Shown piece after piece: positions 45,192-56,833 of a stretch of 64,000 nucleotides of DNA. Source of the DNA: a virus (taxonomy: Duplodnaviria > Heunggongvirae > Uroviricota > Caudoviricetes). The notes beneath the pieces were generated by a model. It saw nothing but the letters and a program-made list of their open reading frames with translations, was not told the DNA's origin and did no database searches. How positions within the stretch are numbered: position 1 is the stretch's first letter; each line of letters begins with the position of its first letter. The stretch is taken from IMG/VR virus record IMGVR_UViG_3300020718_000007, positions 20,390 through 84,389 of that record. The stretch is one strand, 5' to 3'. The position numbers and the translations under genes are program-made.

Positions 45192-48100
45192 TGAGTACTT
45201 ATCAAAATTTATTGTTCTTTAATAAGAATGGACACCAGCATAACTTTTCCTGGAATGGGTCTTTCTGGGAAGGTCGTATATTACTACCACAAGTATCAGA
45301 GGAATTGTTTCAAGTCGAACATGTATTTGTAGTTGAAAAATTATTAGATTCAACATCGGCTGTTAAATATGGATTCCCCCATGTAGATCCCCCTGTAGCA
45401 TATGGTAACCCTATGGGAATGACCTGTACTTTTACCGAGTCGTCAACTAATGTAACATTTTCAGGGTTATTAAGTCAGGACCTTACGGGAGCTTATATAT
45501 TTTCTAGTTTCTTTAATGGGACAATATTAAGTATAGCATCTGATAATACTGCGGTAATATCAGATGTTGCTACTTCTAGTGGTACTGGCCCATTTTCTAT
45601 AGCTTCATGGAGAACAAGATTTGAATCTATTTATAATATAGTAGATTTTGATGAAATTCCCCCTATCACAGCTTCATTTATTAGCGGTAATAATTATCTT
45701 ATTAGTGCTTCAGACCTTTCTTTGGTTCAAAAAGGATATATTATTGCTGGTGAAGGAATTCCGGATGGCACAAAAATTATATCTGTTAATGGCTCACAGA
45801 TAAACGTAAATCAAACTTTTACTATAACTGCAACAAACCAGAATTGTTATATCTATCAGGTCGAGGATGCTAATGATGTATCCGGTAGGCTATATCAATA
45901 TAGTCTTATTACTGATCCAACTTTAGATGCCCCGGTTATTCTAAATCTAGCACAACAAAATTTTCCAACTACTTATACAGTAGGTGATGTATTCTTAAGT
46001 GGGATAAGAAAAACCTCTTCCGTTAATTCTTGTAGCCTTGGGATTAATATTGCTCTAAATTCAGATCAGGAAGCATTGATAGGAAGGAGTCTTATAATAG
46101 AAGACATAACACAAGCATTACCAGTAATAATACTAAGATTAGAATTAGTGGGTGAAGTGGTAGGGGAGGATGAAAGATTAAATGTTCTTTTAGGAAATTT
46201 TGGTCAAGAATTCTATAAGGAGGATGCGGGAATATTAAGGGATAGTGATCCAGAAGAACCATATCCGGATTATCTTTTACTAAATCGGAAAAGAAAAGAG
46301 CTTCTTTTACAAGGATCTGAAATTTTCCCTTATATTGGATCCTATAAAGGATTAGTAAATATAATTAGATTCTTTGGATATCAAGATTTGAGGATAAAAG
46401 AATACTGGTTAAATATACAAAAATCTGCATCTAATAATCTTACTGCTTTTCAGCAAAATGAAGCACTGCTAAATACTATAAAAACTACCCCGTACGGAGA
46501 ATCGATACTAATAAATAATTTATTAGATGATGAGAATAGTGGTAAATATAAACAAGTAGAAGTATACGGGCCAAAATCTGATGGTACCTTTGGAATAAAA
46601 TCTTCTTTGGAACAAATATTTCCATCCACTGCTTATAAAAAAACACCACTGTTTGGATTATTTTATGACATAAATGAAATAGTTCCTGATGAAGAAGATA
46701 TTTATGGTTATCCAGTAACTCAAGATTCTTTCTTATTTTCTCCTCAAGAAGTTCTTATTAAATTATTTGCATTGAAGGAAAAATTGAAGAAGGATTATCT
46801 CCCCTTGAGTGCAAAAATAATAGATATTACAGGGGAGGGATTTTATTTTTCCGTTAATAAGACCAGAGGATGGTTAGATACTATAAAGATCGATGAAATT
46901 AAATTAGGGTTGGATATAGGCATTAGTGCAACCCCTCAAAATGGATATATTGAGGACTTAAGGGCATTTCAGACAAGATCAAATTCTTCATTGCCTCCTT
47001 TACCCTATGTCCCTGGATATTTTGGAAATACTGATGTTAGTAATTTTGGTAATACCTTTGATGTAAATCCGAATATACAAAATTATACTCCGGACCAATC
47101 TAGTAATCTTGCAGATGCTATAGAACAATATTATATTAATCTAATAAATAATAATAGCCAATTAGATCTTGGCGATGGTGATTATAATGGACCTGGGTAT
47201 ATTAGATTCGATACAAAGACCCCGTACTACTTACCTGGGGGATTCCCAACTGTATTAGAGGTAACTTCATTCGACATAACAATGGATGAAATAGGTACTA
47301 CATGGGGAAATTTAGATACAAATATTTCAACATATGAAACTACATTAGCTTCTGTTTTAGATTTAACTGATTATGTTGGAAATCCTCTGATAACTGCAAC
47401 TCTTAATACCACATTAGTAGTAGATTCTCCATTCCTTACCCCGTTAACAGTTACTTTACCTGGTGGATTTAGTGGATTTTTAAATCCAATTAGTGGAAAA
47501 GTTCAATTAGAATTCCTGGCAGATACTAATGATTACTTTGTAGCCGAAGTACAATCGTATAATAATTCTACTGGAGTAACCAATTTATTAGTTTTAAATT
47601 ATGTTGGAGCTGGAGAATATACATCTTGGACAGTTTCTTTGACTAATATATTTAGTCAGGAAGTTGCAATGTCTTACTATAACTATACCCAAGGTTCTGA
47701 TGGATTTTATTCTTGGGATAATCTTAGATTTTTAGGTTATTATGAAATAGAATGGACAATTAGTAAAGATGGGGACAATCCTTATTTCTATCAATTTAGA
47801 GGAAATATAAAAGACTATTGGAGGATTCCACATTTCCTACCATATCTAGGACAATATACGATTAAATGTAGGGTTTGGAATAGTTTTAATGACATTTCTA
47901 CTGGTTACTTTGTTAATTATATAAATGTTGAACCTAGAAATATAGAATTAACTTCTATTACAAGATTTAGGGAAGCAGAAATTTATACTTGGGATGAGAT
48001 GGCTGATACATGGGATGATTATGATTCCCAATGGCAATTTCCTTTGGAGCAGCAAACCACACAGGTCCAGGCTTCTCAAAGAAATCTTACTTATGCAGAA

Positions 48101-51100
48101 TATGGAAATCAATTTGATGATGGGCAGGAATGCAATGTATTATCTACGATTCCTGAAGTTAGGGCAAACTTAAATTTTAATTTTGGTGTAGTATCCCATA
48201 ATATAAGTTCAATAAGTAGTATTTATGGGGCAGGAACTGGGCCAGCAACAATAACAACAACGACTCCACATGGTTTAAATCCAGGAGATAATGTCTATAT
48301 TGTAGATAATAGTATAACTTCGATAACAGGGGAATATTCTGTATTAAGTGTTACTTCAACCACATTTATGATTCCCCTTATAGTCCCAAGTACTATTACT
48401 ACTGCTGGTAATTATATGACAGGACAAGGTACAATTAATATAAACATTTCTGGAAGAACATATGTTAATATTAATTATGATGGATCTATTGGAAGTACTG
48501 CTGGTACATTATATTCTACATTTAATGGGGGTATATTAGAACCTGCATTTAGAATAATGCAATATCTTCCTACTACTGTAGCTGGTATACCAAGTAATGT
48601 ATTTCTATACAATATTATAATTGAATCACCAGAAAATAGTGGAGGGTTATATAATGGACAAGTAATAAATATAACTTCTACAGGATCATTAGTATTAAAT
48701 ATTGGAGATACTGTATTAGTAACTTCTATTTCTCCTGCATTATCAGGGGGAGCAAATCAATATCAGGACTATATTTATTATACTCCTGGAGATCCCTTAC
48801 CTGTGCCAGAAATGAAAAATTGGGGTAGTAAAGAGATAACATGGGATTCTATGGATGATATTTCATGGGACCAATTATATTCTCAAACCTTTTCTATGTA
48901 TGATTATCATGGTGATTGGAATGGTGGATTTGATTTGTATAATATAAGATATGGGGATTTAATAAAGGTTGGAAAAAATAATCCTGGAGTCCTAATAGGT
49001 GATACTACTTCTCCTGGAACACCTATGTTCCTTTATGATGTAGCAAACCAATTAAACCAATCAAGTGATCCTGGTATTTCTAAATTCAGCTATGCAGTTA
49101 GGGGATATTCAAGAGTTTATGGAACTTATGATAGTTTAGGAAATAATTTAATTGAGGATATAGTAGCTCCCCATATAAATTATACACAAAGTTCTGTATT
49201 GGCAGGATATGTTGGAGCGGATTATAATAGTATGACTAATGGTACCTATAGGGAAATAAATCAAACAGTCACATCTAATTCTCCAATAGAATGGGTTCAA
49301 ATGGACTTAAATAAACAAACAAAAATAACAAGTATAGTTATTGGGTGTGACTTTGATAGTTCCATGACAGGAGCTTGGGGACCTACGTATACGAATAATA
49401 AAAATGTATCATATTCATTAGATGGATCAACCTGGATAACTTTATTTAATACAGGAACCTTTACCTCTGGAATAGAAGTATTCCCTATAAATATTGTTGC
49501 AAGATATATTAGGATTAATTCAGCTTCTTCTAATTTAGTTGTAACAGAATTCTATGCAAGGATTCCATTCCTAACTGACGTAGGCCCAATGGAGGAGACA
49601 ACAACTACCTATAATTTATTAGGATTTACACCTACCTCTATTTGTAGAGGACTACATGGAGAAATCTATATGGCAGACGGTAATTTAATTCATATATTTT
49701 ATTCCCCAACAAATATAGATTTAATTACCTTAGATTTTGCAGGTACTTATTTACAAATTGATAGAAAGGGACATTTGTGGTACTATGGTACAGGAGCAGT
49801 TCCATTACAAGTAATTGATACAAATAATAAAAATAATAAAACAGCTTATATTTCTCAGATTGGAACACCAACATCATATCTTGAAAATATAACTATTCCA
49901 ATTAGCTTCACAACAGCTACTATAGATTCATTGGCAATTGATGATAGAAAGGGGGATTTTGCCGTTACTATAACATATGGGACAACTACAGAATTATTAT
50001 ATTTAGATGGGGAAAGTGAACAATTTGGAATATTTGACACCACTAGCGGATTACCCTCTGTAGATATTAGACAAATATTTTTTGATTATAAAAACGGAAA
50101 TAAAACATTATGGATTGCAACAGGAGATGGAATATCCATATATGATAAAATAAAATTCTTTAATTACCAAACAAACAACTCTGGTCTTTTTTCGAATAAT
50201 ATTTTCTCTATTTGCCCAGATGAAATAGGAAATAAATGGATTGGAACCGATTCTGGTATTTCTTATTTTGATGGTGAAATATGGGCAGTTTGGAACCCCT
50301 CTAATAGTCTGATGCTTTCTACCGGAGAAACCTATACGAATATAATTACAACGGGGCATGGTAATATATTCTTTACTATCAGAACAGGAGGAACCCATAG
50401 TCCCGGGGAAGGATATCAATTAGGTTATTTTAATGGAGATAATTTTATTAGGTATACAAATGAACCAGGAAATAGTGTAGAATTTAGACCTTATATAAAT
50501 TCTACTACTCATAAGGAGAATAGTTGGATATTTGTAAATAATATTAAGACTATTGATGGTACTTATACCCAATATCCAGGAAATATATTCTACCTAGATT
50601 TTGCACAGGAATTAAAACAGATAGATTTTATAATTCCTCATATACATGCATCCAGTAAATTTCCTGGTAATGATGGCTGGGATTTTATTTATTACACTAG
50701 TACTAGATCATTACCTTCTGTGGAAGAATTTTCTCCGTCTGGAATTGCATATGGACTTATAAATTTTAATTTCCTAGCTGGTCCTGTTAATGGAAACTAC
50801 ATACTAAATGATAATTTTAGACCAAATTTTCCATTTGTTGATGGATATTCTTGGAAAAAGCCTCATTGGGTAGGGTTTGATTTTACCGGAATAACCGAGA
50901 ACCATCCAGATTTGAACTCAGATCACTTATTTCTTGATGCCCCCCTTAGAGATATATTAGATGGATCCGCAATAAAAGAAGAATATTGGAGAAATTCTCC
51001 GATAGAAAGAATTGCATCTAAAAAATCCAGGGATCAATTCTCAGATTTCGAATGGTTAATTAGAATAGGAGATGCTTATGAAGATAGGGGAATGAAAATA

Positions 51101-52789
51101 AAAGTGGGATTAGATGGCTATATTTATGTTACTGGTTTCTTTAGAGGAACAGTATATTTTGGTGCCCCAAATAATGTAAATAGTGGGGGATCTACAGTAT
51201 TAAGCTCTCCTGATTGTAATTCGATCTTTGTTGCAAAATATAATGATGTTGGTATTATACAATGGGCAAGAATGTACGGGGAACTAGTAACTTCGCCTGC
51301 TTTTAACTATGATTTTACTCCAAATTCTATAAAATTAGATACTTTTGGTAACGTGTATGTTGTTGGATATAAAACAAAAACCAGAAACAATAATATAACA
51401 ATGGAACAGCCATCAAATATTTTATTAAGGTGGGATTGGAATGGTAATTTTGTTAGTTTTACCGAATTATTCTCTCCTGTTGCTACAAGTACATTTAATG
51501 AGAATATAGATGTTGTAGTTGATGCTGCTAATATACTTTACGTTGCTGGTGAATTTAGTGGTACGCTTATTAGTGGAACCTGGACAATAACCTCTGCAGC
51601 CGGGGCAACAGAAATATATGTGGCTAGGGTAGAAAGTAATGGGTATGTAACTTATCTTAAAAAATTAGATAGTGGACTCCCAGAATATGCACCAACCCTT
51701 GCATTAGGAAATTATAATGACCTTTATATAGGATATTATAACCAAAATATAACTTCCCAAAATATTTCTCTTGCTTCATATAATTCTTTAAATCTTTCTA
51801 TTAATTGGATAAAAAAAATAGTTAATACCGGATTTATTATAATCTCATTGGTCCCATATATAGACCTTTCCCCTAATGGGGAAATAGTATTAGGTGTTTC
51901 CTTTAATGGAACATTAACAGTAGATGGAACAAGTATAAGCTGTCCAGGATCTCTAGAATATGGAGTTTTTAAATTTTTAACAACAGGAGCTCTAATATTT
52001 GCAAAAAACATAGGAAGCAGTCTAGGTAATTATTTATATGATATAGAAGTAGATACGGAAGGGAGAATTTATATGATTGGATCATTTACTGGATCATTTT
52101 CTCCAGATACTACTACAAGTTTTCATGAAATATCAGAAGGGGGAAGTGATGTTATATTAGTAAAATTAGAAATTGATGGAACTATCCTAGATATAACAAC
52201 AATAGGAAGTATCTATAGCGATGAGGGATTATCAATTTCTCTGGATACGGGGGAAAATGTATATTTAACTGGATATCTTTCTGGTCCTGCTATCGCTGGA
52301 TATTTAACTACCTCTCCTACTCCCGGAGGGGCAAAGAATGCTTTTATTGGTAAAATACCACACCAAAGGTATATTCCAGGTAAATCTTTCCCTGGCCCAT
52401 CATCTTGGCTTGGAACACAAAGTTGGGGATGGTCTGATAAAAGAATATATGACGGAGAATTTGAGATCCCGATCGGATCGACCGTATTTATAAATCCATT
52501 GGATTCTAATATACCTGGAAAAAATAGTCATAAATGGCAATTGATTGAAAAATCAACAGGGAATATAGTTATTGACGTTAAGGATACCCCATACTTTATA
52601 TGGACATTTAGAATTCCGGGGTATTATAGTTTAGTAGTAGAAATACTAGATACTAATGGAAATGTTTATACCATAAATAGGGATAGCTATATAAGAGTAG
52701 TTGATCATAAGGCTATATTTAATGGAGAAACAGTACCACATATTGTAAATAGCAATGATTTCAAAGCACAAGCAGTATATGAATATTAA
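45191..52789 (+). CDS. Giant baseplate wedge/fibre protein with discoidin (F5/8 C), Reg_prop-like and SBBP-like propeller repeats and a PKD-like end
   Basis: 2532 aa; GSYKGLVNIIRFFGY wedge motif; EWVQMDL..YSLDGSTW..ARYIRI; GLFSNNIFSICPDEIGNKWIGTDSGISYFDG; DGYIYVTGFF, DTGENVYLTG. Confidence 0.7.
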   Translation: MSTYQNLLFFNKNGHQHNFSWNGSFWEGRILLPQVSEELFQVEHVFVVEKLLDSTSAVKYGFPHVDPPVAYGNPMGMTCTFTESSTNVTFSGLLSQDLTGAYIFSSFFNGTILSIASDNTAVISDVATSSGTGPFSIASWRTRFESIYNIVDFDEIPPITASFISGNNYLISASDLSLVQKGYIIAGEGIPDGTKIISVNGSQINVNQTFTITATNQNCYIYQVEDANDVSGRLYQYSLITDPTLDAPVILNLAQQNFPTTYTVGDVFLSGIRKTSSVNSCSLGINIALNSDQEALIGRSLIIEDITQALPVIILRLELVGEVVGEDERLNVLLGNFGQEFYKEDAGILRDSDPEEPYPDYLLLNRKRKELLLQGSEIFPYIGSYKGLVNIIRFFGYQDLRIKEYWLNIQKSASNNLTAFQQNEALLNTIKTTPYGESILINNLLDDENSGKYKQVEVYGPKSDGTFGIKSSLEQIFPSTAYKKTPLFGLFYDINEIVPDEEDIYGYPVTQDSFLFSPQEVLIKLFALKEKLKKDYLPLSAKIIDITGEGFYFSVNKTRGWLDTIKIDEIKLGLDIGISATPQNGYIEDLRAFQTRSNSSLPPLPYVPGYFGNTDVSNFGNTFDVNPNIQNYTPDQSSNLADAIEQYYINLINNNSQLDLGDGDYNGPGYIRFDTKTPYYLPGGFPTVLEVTSFDITMDEIGTTWGNLDTNISTYETTLASVLDLTDYVGNPLITATLNTTLVVDSPFLTPLTVTLPGGFSGFLNPISGKVQLEFLADTNDYFVAEVQSYNNSTGVTNLLVLNYVGAGEYTSWTVSLTNIFSQEVAMSYYNYTQGSDGFYSWDNLRFLGYYEIEWTISKDGDNPYFYQFRGNIKDYWRIPHFLPYLGQYTIKCRVWNSFNDISTGYFVNYINVEPRNIELTSITRFREAEIYTWDEMADTWDDYDSQWQFPLEQQTTQVQASQRNLTYAEYGNQFDDGQECNVLSTIPEVRANLNFNFGVVSHNISSISSIYGAGTGPATITTTTPHGLNPGDNVYIVDNSITSITGEYSVLSVTSTTFMIPLIVPSTITTAGNYMTGQGTININISGRTYVNINYDGSIGSTAGTLYSTFNGGILEPAFRIMQYLPTTVAGIPSNVFLYNIIIESPENSGGLYNGQVINITSTGSLVLNIGDTVLVTSISPALSGGANQYQDYIYYTPGDPLPVPEMKNWGSKEITWDSMDDISWDQLYSQTFSMYDYHGDWNGGFDLYNIRYGDLIKVGKNNPGVLIGDTTSPGTPMFLYDVANQLNQSSDPGISKFSYAVRGYSRVYGTYDSLGNNLIEDIVAPHINYTQSSVLAGYVGADYNSMTNGTYREINQTVTSNSPIEWVQMDLNKQTKITSIVIGCDFDSSMTGAWGPTYTNNKNVSYSLDGSTWITLFNTGTFTSGIEVFPINIVARYIRINSASSNLVVTEFYARIPFLTDVGPMEETTTTYNLLGFTPTSICRGLHGEIYMADGNLIHIFYSPTNIDLITLDFAGTYLQIDRKGHLWYYGTGAVPLQVIDTNNKNNKTAYISQIGTPTSYLENITIPISFTTATIDSLAIDDRKGDFAVTITYGTTTELLYLDGESEQFGIFDTTSGLPSVDIRQIFFDYKNGNKTLWIATGDGISIYDKIKFFNYQTNNSGLFSNNIFSICPDEIGNKWIGTDSGISYFDGEIWAVWNPSNSLMLSTGETYTNIITTGHGNIFFTIRTGGTHSPGEGYQLGYFNGDNFIRYTNEPGNSVEFRPYINSTTHKENSWIFVNNIKTIDGTYTQYPGNIFYLDFAQELKQIDFIIPHIHASSKFPGNDGWDFIYYTSTRSLPSVEEFSPSGIAYGLINFNFLAGPVNGNYILNDNFRPNFPFVDGYSWKKPHWVGFDFTGITENHPDLNSDHLFLDAPLRDILDGSAIKEEYWRNSPIERIASKKSRDQFSDFEWLIRIGDAYEDRGMKIKVGLDGYIYVTGFFRGTVYFGAPNNVNSGGSTVLSSPDCNSIFVAKYNDVGIIQWARMYGELVTSPAFNYDFTPNSIKLDTFGNVYVVGYKTKTRNNNITMEQPSNILLRWDWNGNFVSFTELFSPVATSTFNENIDVVVDAANILYVAGEFSGTLISGTWTITSAAGATEIYVARVESNGYVTYLKKLDSGLPEYAPTLALGNYNDLYIGYYNQNITSQNISLASYNSLNLSINWIKKIVNTGFIIISLVPYIDLSPNGEIVLGVSFNGTLTVDGTSISCPGSLEYGVFKFLTTGALIFAKNIGSSLGNYLYDIEVDTEGRIYMIGSFTGSFSPDTTTSFHEISEGGSDVILVKLEIDGTILDITTIGSIYSDEGLSISLDTGENVYLTGYLSGPAIAGYLTTSPTPGGAKNAFIGKIPHQRYIPGKSFPGPSSWLGTQSWGWSDKRIYDGEFEIPIGSTVFINPLDSNIPGKNSHKWQLIEKSTGNIVIDVKDTPYFIWTFRIPGYYSLVVEILDTNGNVYTINRDSYIRVVDHKAIFNGETVPHIVNSNDFKAQAVYEY

Positions 52790-52869
52790 AAAATCCCAGA
52801 AGATATAAGTAACAGTACAATTCTGCTAACCTTATTCTTCTGGGCTTCTCTGTTTATAAATAAACCTAA

Positions 52870-53568
52870 TTAATCTCTGTATTCCCTATAAACATCAAGT
52901 ATCTCTTTAACAATAGGATGCCTATGATTTTGTAGAAGAACCACATTTTTTAGACCAGGAACTCTTCCTTCTATTGTTTTAAGAAAATCTAAACCACTAT
53001 CTTTTTTATTTTTCAAGTCTATTTGTGAATTATCACCACAAAATACCATTTTAGATTCTTTACCAAGTCTCCCTATTACCATCTCCATCTCTTCGTGTGT
53101 AATATTTTGAGCCTCGTCGATGATAACAAATGAATCTGTAAGTGTTCTACCCCTCATAAATTGGAAAGGGAGTATTTCAATAACACCTTCTTCTACTAAT
53201 TTATCGATACTCATTTTATTATAAAGTAAGTATAGGTTAGCATAGATTGGTATTAACCAAGGATGCAGTTTATCCTCTGCCGAACCAGGGAGTGCTCCCA
53301 TATCAGTTCTTGCGACCATTGGTCTAGCAATAACAATTCTTTCCACCTCCCTCTTAAATAGCAGATCTAATCCAACTTGAGCTGCTACCAAGGTTTTACC
53401 TGAACCGGCCATACCTTTTATAACAGTGACCGCATTTTCTAAAATAACCTGCTTTGCTAACTTTTGTTCTTCGTTTAGTGAAATTTGGAATTTAACTTCA
53501 CCTTTAGGCTTCTTCTTCTCTTGATTGCTTTTCTTATCATTGTAAGCAGCAGAATCTTTTTTTTCCAT
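52870..53568 (-). CDS. phoH: PhoH-family ATPase
   Basis: GMAGSGKT, GALPGSAEDKLHPW, FMRGRTL, IIDEAQN, GRLGKESK..GDNSQID, RHPIV. Confidence 0.93.
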   Translation of the reverse strand: MEKKDSAAYNDKKSNQEKKKPKGEVKFQISLNEEQKLAKQVILENAVTVIKGMAGSGKTLVAAQVGLDLLFKREVERIVIARPMVARTDMGALPGSAEDKLHPWLIPIYANLYLLYNKMSIDKLVEEGVIEILPFQFMRGRTLTDSFVIIDEAQNITHEEMEMVIGRLGKESKMVFCGDNSQIDLKNKKDSGLDFLKTIEGRVPGLKNVVLLQNHRHPIVKEILDVYREYRD

Positions 53569-53700
53569 AGGGGAATTTTATTTTATTAACGAAACTATAA
53601 TGAGGTTTTGTAATAATAGTATTAGCATGATATTAGAGGATTAAGAAAATTTAGTAATCCTTAGTGTTTAGTATATATATTCATAATAAAAAAGGAAAAA

Positions 53701-54627
53701 ATGATCACAATTACGGAACTCTTAGGTACCAGTTCAGTTGCGGGGGATAGGCTTACTATAAATGCCAATTTTCTTCTGATAGAGAATGAAATTAACGATC
53801 TTGAGGATAATTTCAATATTAACACTGTGACCGGTGCTATGGACATATCTAATGCTACAAGTGGCCAATTAAAGGCTAAACTTGGATTTTTTAATAGCAT
53901 CGTATTACCTGCTGCTGGTACTCCAACTATATCTTTATATGGAACAGGTGCAAGTGCAGGAAATGGAAGTTTCTCGGGAACAGTTAGTTCTTTAAATTTA
54001 TCAATCTCTGGTACAGGAACATTTAATAGTATAAGTGCTACTGGGGCATCTAGTTTTGGTTCTACTGGAACCTTTGGCGGTACATTACTTTCATTAGATG
54101 AAATTCAAAATGGACCAACTGGTATTTTTACAGAGAAGAATACTAAATCTGCTTCTGGGGGTTTACCTTTTTTAGGTGTAACTTTGGGGGGTGGAGGTAT
54201 AACAGGAACTTTTAGTACCCCTTATATACTTAGTGGGCAGGAGAGTATAATATATGCTAACTGTGCTTATGTTAGTGTTGCTAGTGCTGACTCGTCGAAT
54301 GCGACAGGATTCTTTTTTCAAGTTGCTGGGGCAAGTGGCGGAACTGCTTCTACTTTACCTTCTGGATATAAAATAACAATTATTAATACAAGTCCTACTG
54401 GTGGAAAAATAGGAACTGGAATTACTGGTCCTTCTACTACTGGATATTATTATACTGGATTTAATACTTCTAATGGTCAATACAATTCTGGCGGTATAAC
54501 AGTACCATCCGGACATCCATATAGAGCATCTTTAAATTTATTGTGGGAACCTAGAATTAGTCAATCCTCGTCAACACAAAAAGGTTCATGGGCAGTATTA
54601 TCTTCAAGTTTAATAACAAGCTTCTAA
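53701..54627 (+). CDS. Gly/Ser/Thr-rich virion structural (fibre-like) protein
   Basis: 308 aa; RLTINANF N-terminal motif; TATATATA at 53672-53679. Confidence 0.55.
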   Translation: MITITELLGTSSVAGDRLTINANFLLIENEINDLEDNFNINTVTGAMDISNATSGQLKAKLGFFNSIVLPAAGTPTISLYGTGASAGNGSFSGTVSSLNLSISGTGTFNSISATGASSFGSTGTFGGTLLSLDEIQNGPTGIFTEKNTKSASGGLPFLGVTLGGGGITGTFSTPYILSGQESIIYANCAYVSVASADSSNATGFFFQVAGASGGTASTLPSGYKITIINTSPTGGKIGTGITGPSTTGYYYTGFNTSNGQYNSGGITVPSGHPYRASLNLLWEPRISQSSSTQKGSWAVLSSSLITSF

Positions 54628-54642
54628 TAACAATAAATAAAA

Positions 54643-56829
54643 ATGGCTAAGACACCTTTTATTAGGCCTTTACAGGTAACAGGGGGAACATTCTATACTT
54701 TCTCCTCAGCTGCAGAGGACCTTTCTTTTACATTCAATAACACAGTAAACAAATTCAAATTTTCTAAGTTTGTTTTACTTAACATCCCTGGTTTTCAAAA
54801 ACCCGTATATAATGAAAATTCTATACAATTTGATACCTTGGATAGCTCATTTTTGGATGTTGCTAGTAATACATTTAATTTAGTAGATCCTAATAATCTT
54901 AGTCCTAACTTAGAAATCTCATTCCAGAACTATTGTTTAAATTTAGAGTCAACTATCTTATCCGATCCTAATTATAATCCTACTTTGAAACTTAATGTTT
55001 CTGAGAGGGTATTTTTTAAATGGCTTAAGGAAATGGGTGGAATTAGATTTAGGCCAGCAAATTCTAATGAAGTAGCACCTTCATTAGATCAAGTAACAAC
55101 TAGTACTGTTAATGGATTTCCAACATCTCAAAAAAGATGGACTGAAGAAGATACTAATACATCTGGTAATGGAAATCCGATACCTAGATATAATAAGGTA
55201 GTTCAGTATATTGGCGAATGTGATATAGTTAATTCTGTTCAGAACCAAAATAATTCCTATTCCGAAGTTTATATACATGTACCAACATCTGATGGAAATA
55301 CCCCAGTAGTTCTTTTTCAAACGAATGCTGATAATAATTATTATCCTGGACAAACTTGGACTAATATGCCAGCAGATCCAATTAATTCCGAATATCTACA
55401 GGGAAGAGATGGTTCTGGTGGTACAATTGGACCTAATGGGTTACCAATATATTCAATATATGATGAAGCCGTTTTAGGAGATCCAGAAGTAATTACTACA
55501 AATTCTATAGGTGCAACTGGAACTAGTCAATGGTACGAGCCAAGAAATATTGCAAACTCATATTATACGGATAATTCATTTTTTGATTCCTCTAATTTAG
55601 ATATTTTTAAATACGAAGCAGCAGCAGGTACTGCTGGTTTTAATGTAAGTTATACAAGAAATAATTTAGATGGTGTAATGATTGATTTTGATCCAACTTC
55701 CTATAAGGCAATAATTGATAATCCACAACTAAGTGTAATTGAACAATACAATTCCACCACCGATTCTAGTAACTTTGATTTTAATGCAGTTCTATTATAT
55801 TATGATGTTTATGATCCTAACAATTTAGCAGATTCCCAAACTAATTTATATGGCGTACTTTTTCTAAATGATATTCAGCCAACAGGAATATCAACTGGTG
55901 CAATCCCTGTATTTAATAAATTTAAACCAGACCCAGTTACCAAATTAAATGGTAACTCTTATGGTCTTAAATTAAATATCAAATTTGATACAAGTATTGA
56001 TAATACTGGTGTAGAACAATCTATAAACGATTATTCTTCATTCTCTATGAGTCTTTTTATGGATTCGGCTACTGTATTACAACAGGCCGCAGGAACATTA
56101 AATGATCAAGTAGCTACTATTATTCAATTACAACAACAATATAACACCCTATACGATCTATTAATTAATACTAATAATGGTACAACCTTTGATAGTAGGC
56201 TATCAACTGTAGAAAATGCTTTGCAAGTTAACCAGGCATTATTCAATAATACTCAAGATATAATGGGGCTTATTGAAAATAATTTTGCAATGGTAAATTC
56301 TATACTTCAAGGTAATACCAATATAGCAATTTCCTATAATTTAGATTTATTAAAGCAAGGAAATGGAATACTTGTAGATAGGAGTATACCAAATAAAGTA
56401 ATAATTAACAATACAGTACAAAATTACTCATTAGATAGTACTTATGCGTTTACCTTAAACCCCGCAGGTATAAATACATTAACATTAAAACCTTATACTA
56501 ATTATTATAAACATAGGAATAGTGGATTAACTATAAATACAACTAGCGATATAGTAATAAGAATAGATGACACATTAGTAAAATGGAAAATTGGGCAAAC
56601 TCTCAGACTTGTTTTTGATGATCCTGTTATACTTTCTACTAATAACATTTATATTTACACGGACTCCACTGGATTATATCCTTTGACGAGTCCTTCATCT
56701 ATGCCATTCAATATCTTAGTTGGCGGATTTACACAATCCTCTTTCATTGGATCTGGTAATAAACCAATATTTGATATAGTTTGTGTTGATGAGAAAAACC
56801 TAATATTTGAAATAGACCAAATCCGTTAG
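54643..56829 (+). CDS. Large virion structural protein (function unknown)
   Basis: 728 aa Asn/Ser/Thr-rich with coiled-coil; AATAAATA at 54632-54639. Confidence 0.5.
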   Translation: MAKTPFIRPLQVTGGTFYTFSSAAEDLSFTFNNTVNKFKFSKFVLLNIPGFQKPVYNENSIQFDTLDSSFLDVASNTFNLVDPNNLSPNLEISFQNYCLNLESTILSDPNYNPTLKLNVSERVFFKWLKEMGGIRFRPANSNEVAPSLDQVTTSTVNGFPTSQKRWTEEDTNTSGNGNPIPRYNKVVQYIGECDIVNSVQNQNNSYSEVYIHVPTSDGNTPVVLFQTNADNNYYPGQTWTNMPADPINSEYLQGRDGSGGTIGPNGLPIYSIYDEAVLGDPEVITTNSIGATGTSQWYEPRNIANSYYTDNSFFDSSNLDIFKYEAAAGTAGFNVSYTRNNLDGVMIDFDPTSYKAIIDNPQLSVIEQYNSTTDSSNFDFNAVLLYYDVYDPNNLADSQTNLYGVLFLNDIQPTGISTGAIPVFNKFKPDPVTKLNGNSYGLKLNIKFDTSIDNTGVEQSINDYSSFSMSLFMDSATVLQQAAGTLNDQVATIIQLQQQYNTLYDLLINTNNGTTFDSRLSTVENALQVNQALFNNTQDIMGLIENNFAMVNSILQGNTNIAISYNLDLLKQGNGILVDRSIPNKVIINNTVQNYSLDSTYAFTLNPAGINTLTLKPYTNYYKHRNSGLTINTTSDIVIRIDDTLVKWKIGQTLRLVFDDPVILSTNNIYIYTDSTGLYPLTSPSSMPFNILVGGFTQSSFIGSGNKPIFDIVCVDEKNLIFEIDQIR

Positions 56830-56833
56830 CAAT

